Assembly (NCBI RefSeq): GCF_032444005.1
Contig: NC_091285.1
Coordinates: 658,068,001 to 658,132,000 of the forward strand
Direction of reading: 5' to 3'
Length of the DNA: 64,000 nucleotides
DNA from: Ranitomeya imitator
Lineage: Eukaryota
Under the pieces are notes generated by a model. The model had not been told where the DNA came from. It saw only the letters and a list, made by a program, of their open reading frames with translations, and did not search any database. The translations under genes and the position numbers were made by a program. Positions 56,701-64,000 of this stretch are shown one piece after another; within the stretch, counting starts at the first letter, position 1, and each line of letters begins with the position of its first letter.

Positions 56701-58503
56701 ACGGAGAAGACACTCCAAAGCACTTCCGGGTATTCCAGCTCCATGACCTCTGACTCCGGAGGCAGCGTGCGAAACCAGTCCATCTGTGAATGAGATAGAG
56801 AATCAGCAATAGCATTCTTGACCCCTGGCACATGAGACGCCGTCACATAAGAATTCAAAGACAAACAAACCAGAACCAGTTGACGAAGCACTTGCACCAC
56901 CAGAGGCAACGATTCCATGAGGCTGTTAATCGCACACACCACCCCCATATTGTCACAATTGAAACGCACATGCCTATCCTGAAATTCCTGCTTCCACAAG
57001 TGAACAGCCACCAAAATCAAAAAAATCTCCAACAGTGAAATATTCCTGACCAAGCCTAAAGAAAACCAAGCCTCCGGCCAACGTGCCACACACCACTGAC
57101 CCCTGAAATATGCTCCAAAACCAATTTCACCAGACTTATCTATGAACAAATCCAAAACCCCATTATTCACTGTCTTCTCCATGAGCATTAAATGACCATT
57201 GTACTGCTCCAAAAATGTATTCCAAAACGCCAAATCCTCTCTGAGTTATGCGGAAAGCTGAATAAAGTGATGAGGAGCATAAACTCCCGCAGTGGCACTG
57301 GCTAACCTCCGCGTAAAAAACTCGCTCCATCGGGATAATCAGACACGCAAAATTCAGCTTTCATAAAAGCGACTGCAGATCACGCAGAGACAGCTTCCTC
57401 AGAAGTCGCGCCCTAGCAACCTCCTTCCTCATATCGATCATTCTTGCCTCAGGCAAACAAAATTGCCATTCAACAGTGTCAATAACAATACCCAAAAAAG
57501 GTAAACAAGTAGATGGACCCTCCGTCTTACCTGGGGAAAGCAGCACCCCAAAACGCCCCGCAACCCACTCCAACGTCCTCAAAAGTGTCTGACAGCACAG
57601 TGACCCACCTGGGCCAATGCACAAAAAGTAATCCAGATAATGGATCACAGAGTCAAGACCGGAAACATCCCGAACCACCCATTCCAGAAAAGAACTGAAA
57701 GCCTCAAAGTACGCACAAGACAATGAACAACCCATAGGCAAGCACCGTTCTATGAAAAATTCCCCTTTCCAATAACAGCCCAACAACTTAGAGCTATCCG
57801 GATGCACCGGCAGTAAAGGAAAAGCAGACTCAATATCCATCTTCGTCAACAAAGCCCCTTTATCATACTTTTTGACCAACCGAACTGCCTCATCAAAAGA
57901 AGTGTAGACCATGGAGCAGAGGTCCGGATCAATTACATCTTTCACTAACATGCCCCGGGAAGAAGACAGATGATGAATGAGCCGAAACTTATTCGGTTCT
58001 TTCTTGGGCACCACCCCCAAGGGTTAAACTGCCAAATCATCAAACGGAAGACAACTAAATGGACCTGCCATACTACTCTAAGAGACCTCCTCCAATTTCT
58101 CAGAGACTACATCCCCATATATTTCAGTCGACTGGAGGTTCTTAAGCACCCGGGGGATGATAAAAGGAGGGGCAGGGATGGTAAAACCAACTTTAAAACC
58201 TAGTAACAACAATGCTGCTTTCTCCCTATCAGGGTATCTATTTAGATAGGGGACAATCTTTTCCAACCTCACTAGAGTCTCCCCCTTGAAAATTAGTGCC
58301 CCCTGCACTGGGCTTTCCTTTCTCAAAGCATCTGGTAGCCCCATGCGAGGAGCCATTGCAATGGGAGCAGAGGTGCTTAAACTTACAATTGGCTCCGAAC
58401 TCGCACTGGCTATCGTTGAACTGCCAGCATAATCCCAATTTTTTACCTTTGGCCTGCCCCATCTGGCCCCCGGCCCCTGCAGTGCTAGACTGACTGCTGG
58501 CAT
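56685..58503 (-). pseudogene. DIRS-type reverse transcriptase and RNase H
   Basis: GVVPKKEPNKFRLIHHLS, KMDIESAF, LPMGCSLSCAYFEAFS, HYLDYFL; GFGAY, CDNMGVV, HVPGVKNAIADSLS. Confidence 0.85.
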
Positions 58504-60053
58504 GACTGTTGGCTGCCAAATAATCCTAAGCCACAGGCCTTTTTTTATCCCACCTAATCGCAGGCCTTATCGCCTTCCTCTGCCGAAATTGCTCATCACA
58601 ATGGAGCCAAGCTTGTCCCCCATAAGTACTATGGGCCACGCCAATGGAGTCCATGTAACAAAATAGGGGAGAGCAATTCTCCAGAGCCTTCTCCCCAATC
58701 ACGCTCGCCAAAATGGCAAAAGACTGTAAGCAGTTCACAAAAGTTTGAGGGATCAGATGCCACGTACAATTCTACTCTTCTTCCTTCTTACTATCGTCCT
58801 TCTTTCCCTTGTCTAAATTGAATTTTTCCAAAGGAAGTAGGGAAAAAAATTCTCAACATATTCATCCTTCCAGATCTTTTCCCTGACTTCCTATTTAAGG
58901 TGCGCCCCCAACGGACCCTCGAAGCACACTAAACCTCCCGGTGTGCCCTGTCATCTCAATGAATTCTGCACTCCTTTTCCTTCTCTGTCTGCCCTGACAC
59001 TGACATGGGATCAGAAAGCCTACCCTGCCCCTCAAGCGACTTATTCAGCTAAACATACCCTCTAGCTTGCGGACCTATCCAAGCAGCTAAATGCCCAGGT
59101 GCCACCACTCCCCTTTCCAGACGGGTAAGCAAATCCCGCATGTTACCCAAAACCTCCCTTACACTCCCTCTAACCGGATCCTCTGTACCCCCAACCCCCA
59201 CAGGGGCCTACGTTAAACCTCTGACTATCCCTTAAAACAGGGGACAACAACATATGTGGAGACTGACAAGACACAGAGTAATACTCACCAGGCTGCAAGG
59301 GGGCTGTGACCCCTCCAGCCAGAAAAGGGGAGTCCAGACATCCGTCCGCTGTGCTGTTCCTGCTCCTCGTGCCATCCAGAGGCCCCAGACAGGATTCCAG
59401 CATCCCAGGGGTTCCTGATGTCCAGGGAAGATGATCCGGAAGGGAGAAGGAAGATCCTGACCAATGCACTGCACCAGCAAGTTGTGCCTGCGCCGGTGAA
59501 CCCGCAGCACACGGCCCGCTGTCCGAAATCTCCGGCAACCGGGGAGATGTCACCAAAGCCCCATTAGGTGCAGGAGAGCCCCTTGCTGCAGACCAAGAAC
59601 AAGCCTCATCACGAGGCCCGAATGGATGCTGCCCCCCGCTGCCCCGTCTCCTCACAGTGAAGTGTCCCTCCATGGTCAGAGTCAGGCCACCTGGTTCTCT
59701 AAGCTTTTGGGCACAAAATAGCCGATACTTTTGGGCACAAAATATTAAGTCTCCAGAAAGACAGTTATACTATCCTATCAAAAAAGCTTGGAGAACTCTT
59801 CTTAAAATCAATAAATCTTTATTAAACACAATAATTGATAAAACATATAAATTATAAGGTAGCACATGATTGGACAATACATGGTACACTCAAGTACAAA
59901 GTGGCATTAAAATTAAAAAATACATGATTGTTCTCAAACAAAAGCCATTCTCAATATCTGGGATTATGGAGCTATATTCACTATATATCCACATACAGTA
60001 GATCATAATAATATCATTATAAAAAAGACTACAGTCACAAATCTCCATAAATA

Positions 60054-61108
60054 CACTGCTCAAAAAAATAAAGGGAACACTTAAACAACAGAATTTAACT
60101 CCAAGTAAATGAAACTTTTGTGAAATCAAACTGCCCACTTAAGAATAGTATTGAGCGATACCTTCCGATATTTGAAAGTATCGGTATCGGATGGTATCGG
60201 CCGATATCCAAAAAATATCGGATATCGCCGATACCCGATACCAATGCAAGTCAATGGGACACAAATATCGGAATGTATCCTGGATGGTTCCCAGGGTCTG
60301 AAGGAGTGGTTCTGCAGGTGGGAACCACAGACCACATCTCAGTACCAATGCTTTCTGGCTGATGTTTTGGTCACTTTTGAATGTTGGTTGCGCTTTCACA
60401 CTTGTGGTAGCATGAGACGGACTCTGCAACCCACATAAGAGGCTCAGTTAGTGCAGGTCATCCAGGATGGCACATCAATGCGAGATGTGGCAAGAAGGTT
60501 TGTTGTGTCCAGAGGCTGGAGACGCTACCAGGAGACAGGTCAGTACACCAGGAGACGTGGAGGGTGCCGTAGGAGGGCAACAACCCAGCAGCAGGACAGC
60601 TACCTCAGCCTTTGTGCAAGTAGGAACAGGAGGAGCACTGCCAGAGCCCTGCAAAATGACCTCCAGCAGGCAACAAATGTGCATGTGTCTGCACAAACGG
60701 TCAGAAACAGACTCCATGAGGATGGTCTGAGTGCCTGACGTCCACAGATGGGGGTTGTGCTCACAGCCCAACACCGTGCAGTACGCTTGGCATCTGCCAC
60801 AGAACACCAGGATTGGCAAATTTGCCGTTGGCGCCCTGTGCTCTTCACAGATGAAAGCAGGTTCACACTGAGCACATGTGACAGACGTGACAGAGTCTGG
60901 AGACGCTGTGAAGAGTGATCTGCTGCCTGCGACATTCTTCAGCATGACTGGTTTGGCAGTGGGTCAGTAATGGTGTGAGGTGACATTTCATTGAAGGGCC
61001 GCACAGTGCTCCATGTGCTCGCCAGAGGTAGCCTGACTGCCATTAGGTACCGAGATTAGATCCTCAGACCCTTTGTGAGACCATATGCTGGTGCTGTTGG
61101 CCCTGTGC
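60054..61108 (+). mobile_element. Tc1 transposon 5' part, interrupted by a MITE and truncated by the BEL element
   Basis: TA-CACTGCTCAAAAAAATAAAGGGAACACT TIR; paired-like HTH ([20 protein letters not shown]), [19 protein letters not shown]; in-frame stops. Confidence 0.85.
60146..60306. mobile_element. hAT-like MITE fragment
   Basis: Starts TAGTATTGAGCGATAC (related to the TAGAGATGAGC TIR family) with clustered GATATC/GATACC palindromes. Confidence 0.45.
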
Positions 61109-64000
61109 TGTTCCATGTATATTCCTCAGTTTCCATGTATGTTGTTATATTTTACTCTGCTGCCACCCAATGGCCTTTTTCTGTATGGCAGCTTGTTTTT
61201 CATGTATTTCTTGTGGGCATGTCTTACATCCGGTTCAGGGGTCAAATCTTCTCTTCCTCTGGCAGCCATTTCCAGTTTACTTTCTGTTGTGAGAGGACGT
61301 GCTTTTGAACTGGGCTTAGGAAGGCATCAGTCTTTCGACCACTCTCTCATGCTGCTCACACTTGCAGACACACTTGGTGCTACATCTTACTGTACCCTGT
61401 CTACCCTGCATTTCTGGAGAAGTTCTGTATTACCAGTTATACGCTGTATGTCCAGATCTACAAAATAAACAAGTCTGGATTACACAATCCCTGGAGTGCA
61501 TCATCTCTCTGGACGCTGAGCAGCATTGGTCCTGTCTGCCTCATATCGAGGAAATACGAAGGTACGATTATCTCTCTCACAACTCTTATTAGTCTGCGAC
61601 ACCTTCATTCGCCTCATGTGGGGACAGAACAGTCGAAAGACTGCCTTGAAGCCCGGCCAGAATCACCCTTATATCACTATTCACGTGCCCGCTCTCTGCC
61701 CGCTCACATACTGCAGCCCTGCTCTGCTAAGAAATCTCCTGCAGCATCACCTCAGACTGCATTGTACATAAAGACTCTCTGTGTATTATACCGCACTGCT
61801 GCAGATCGTCGGACCGCAGAACCCCACAATTCTCCAACAACACCTTGGGAATCTTATCAGGGGGTCGCAACTAAGCTGCACCGCAATTTCCAGCCCCCAA
61901 TTCAAAGGTTCAGTTTCTTAAAGGGACAGCGCACCTTAAATCAAAATGGCCGAAAAGGACCTTCCACAGTTCCCCAATGCTGAAACAGAGCAAATACAAC
62001 CTGATACTGTCCATTATGAAGATCAGGACGCAGAGCCTGCTTCTGCAGCAGACCCAGATGCACGACCAGTACGTTCCATCAAGCCAACATTAAAGGTCCT
62101 CGAGAATTACCATTCCACAAGGGATGAGTTCAATGACAACCTTAATGACCTATGGGAACGAGTCACCTCCCTTATGTCAAGCGTCCAACGCCACAAAAAT
62201 GATGCAGCGGGTTTACAGGACACTATAAGACAGCTAGACGTGGCCCACGGCAGATACAAGAGACTGTCCACAAAGTATGCTGCCTTCCTAAAAGAATCTA
62301 AAATCGACGAAGCCCTATCAGAGTTAAGCAAGGCAGATTCCACAGACAGAGAAAGGGACGCCGCCGTGCAAGACGCCAAAGATAAAGCGGAGCTTCGTAT
62401 CACCCATCTGCAAGAAACTAGATCGCACAGGTCAGCCTCGTCTAAACACTCTGCTCGGTCATACAAATCATCCTGCTCAAGAACTTCAGCCCTCAGCGAC
62501 AGAATCCTAGAGGCCCATTTAAATGCAGAGCGGTCCAAACTAAGACGTTCATACACCGAAAAGAAAGCAGAAGCAGAGGCTCGAGCAAAGATTCTTCAAA
62601 CAGAAGCAGAAGCGAAGAGAGCAGAAGCAGAGGCTCGAGCAAAGATTCTTCAAACAGAAGCAGAGGCTCAAGCAAGGATTCTTCAAACAGAAGCAGAGGC
62701 TAGAGCAAAGATTCTTCAAACAGAAATGGAGGAAGAAATTGCATTAGCCGAAGTAAAAATACTCGAGCAAGCATTGAAGCAAAACCTCGACCCGATTTGC
62801 CTGCCACCACAGGAAGAAAACGACCCAGCTGTTCGTACCAGAGACTACGTGCAGAAACAGATACCTGCAGCGCACACCTTCTCCAGTGACGTTCAACCCA
62901 ACATTGCGGAAACGTCCAAGTCAGCCCAACCTATGGTGCCAGTATCGCCCACAGCCCCTACAGAGACCCAAGACCAACGCCGTGATGTACCCCCTCAGGA
63001 ACAATCATCATCGCAAGACGACCACAAGGCACACTCCAGCCCGCCTCCACAGTTCAAGCAGCAGTCATCAGAATCTCTAGAGGTTAAACCACAGCTCAAC
63101 CCTGCAGCGACATCATTCTACCCGGGAACAATTCACCCTTCCACGCCACACGGCTTATATGCCCGAGGGGCACCACAAGCTAATATGGTAACAAGGAGTG
63201 AAGGATCAGACATGTCCGAGTTTGCCAGGTTCATGGTGAGCAGGGAGCTAATCAGCACTAGCCTCTCAAAATTCGACGACTGTGCAGAGAACTACAGAGC
63301 CTGGAAAGCAACCTTCAAGGCCGCCATGGCTGATCTCAACCTATCCGTGGAGCAGGAGCTCGACCTCATGGTAAAATGGTTGGGTCCTGAATCCACAAAC
63401 CGTATCAAGAGTCTTAGGACCGTCTATGTGGGGCAAGCTGAAGCAGGTCTCGCTGCGGCCTGGCAGAGACTTGAAAGAACCTACGGCAGCGCTGAAGCCA
63501 TAGAAAAGTCCCTATTCAAGAGACTGCAGAACGTTCCAAGGATCAACCTTAAGGAAGCCCACAAGCTTCTGGACTTAAGTGATCTGCTTATGGAGCTGGA
63601 ACTTGCTAAAAGAGACCCTCGTCTGTCAGGACTGTGCTACCTGGACACTGCCCATGGGGTGAACCCAATCGTCTCAAAGCTGCCACATAGTCTGCAAGAG
63701 AAGTGGGCAGTGTGTGTCTCCAGGTATAAAAGGTCACATGACGTCACCTTTCCTCCGTTTATTCAGTTCTGCAAGTTCATTGACGAACAAGCCCAAATGA
63801 GGAACGACCCTAGCCTCGACTTCCTGGAGTCTAACACTGCAGCTCCAGCAACACCTTCATCAAGGTATGAAAGCGTCGCACATAGACGCAAGGACTCAAG
63901 GAACAGTGTAAGCGTCAGAAAGACTAACCTGCCATCACCTGCAGTACCTGCCGACAAGCAGTACACTATTCCGTCGAGGGATAAGTCTTTCAATCGTGAG
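61109..64000 (+). mobile_element. BEL/Pao LTR retrotransposon, 5' part (continues beyond window)
   Basis: Putative LTR 61109-61631 (TGTTC...GAACA, AATAAA near 61465) followed by a long gag ORF. Confidence 0.8.
61946..64000 (+). CDS. BEL/Pao Gag (DUF1759-like), open to window end
   Basis: ATG 61946; RPVRSIKPTLKVLENY, coiled-coil repeats, LSKFDDCAENYRAWKATFK, AWQRLERTYG, IVSKLPHSLQEKW; frame checked at several points, missing from the ORF track because no stop lies in the window. Confidence 0.85.
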   Translation, partial: MAEKDLPQFPNAETEQIQPDTVHYEDQDAEPASAADPDARPVRSIKPTLKVLENYHSTRDEFNDNLNDLWERVTSLMSSVQRHKNDAAGLQDTIRQLDVAHGRYKRLSTKYAAFLKESKIDEALSELSKADSTDRERDAAVQDAKDKAELRITHLQETRSHRSASSKHSARSYKSSCSRTSALSDRILEAHLNAERSKLRRSYTEKKAEAEARAKILQTEAEAKRAEAEARAKILQTEAEAQARILQTEAEARAKILQTEMEEEIALAEVKILEQALKQNLDPICLPPQEENDPAVRTRDYVQKQIPAAHTFSSDVQPNIAETSKSAQPMVPVSPTAPTETQDQRRDVPPQEQSSSQDDHKAHSSPPPQFKQQSSESLEVKPQLNPAATSFYPGTIHPSTPHGLYARGAPQANMVTRSEGSDMSEFARFMVSRELISTSLSKFDDCAENYRAWKATFKAAMADLNLSVEQELDLMVKWLGPESTNRIKSLRTVYVGQAEAGLAAAWQRLERTYGSAEAIEKSLFKRLQNVPRINLKEAHKLLDLSDLLMELELAKRDPRLSGLCYLDTAHGVNPIVSKLPHSLQEKWAVCVSRYKRSHDVTFPPFIQFCKFIDEQAQMRNDPSLDFLESNTAAPATPSSRYESVAHRRKDSRNSVSVRKTNLPSPAVPADKQYTIPSRDKSFNRE

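Larger units (their letters stand above)
54530..59700 (-). mobile_element. Ngaro/DIRS-type tyrosine-recombinase retrotransposon, decayed
   Basis: Order on minus: gag-like region with CWQFND..C..CKFKHLCSHC, RT, RNase H, tyrosine recombinase, SGNH-like ORF. Ends approximate; split repeats not resolved. Confidence 0.85.

Noticed and set aside
59170-59673. Independent host gene
   Set aside because: Low-complexity Pro/Gly/Ser frame within the 5' gag-like region of the Ngaro element; no recognisable domain.
62107-62675. Minus-strand ORFs
   Set aside because: Antisense shadows of the BEL gag ORF.

Overview
Repeat-dominated vertebrate genomic DNA, most likely from a frog (inferred from the CR1, Penelope, piggyBac-MITE, Harbinger, Tc1 and chromovirus content). 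One host gene is supported: a six-exon type II transmembrane C-type lectin on the + strand (CDS about 11810-37950, 194 aa reconstructed with consistent intron phases, EPT/WND sugar-site motifs). The rest is nested mobile DNA: Harbinger remnants and MITEs, piggyBac-like non-autonomous elements, a Helitron, Tc1 fragments, two chromodomain Gypsy elements (one decayed, one with an intact 1393-aa gag-pol), several solo LTRs, a large Penelope-like element (PLE) with a second PLE nested in its endonuclease region, a Ngaro/DIRS element with an SGNH-hydrolase-like ORF, and the 5' part of a BEL/Pao element. The most striking feature is a nearly invariant array of nine 436-bp non-coding units plus a ~40-bp overhang, inserted with a short target duplication into gag of the decayed Gypsy element inside lectin intron 4. 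It resembles a multimeric insertion of a small Penelope-associated or retrozyme-like RNA. All calls were made by eye; no database search was run.
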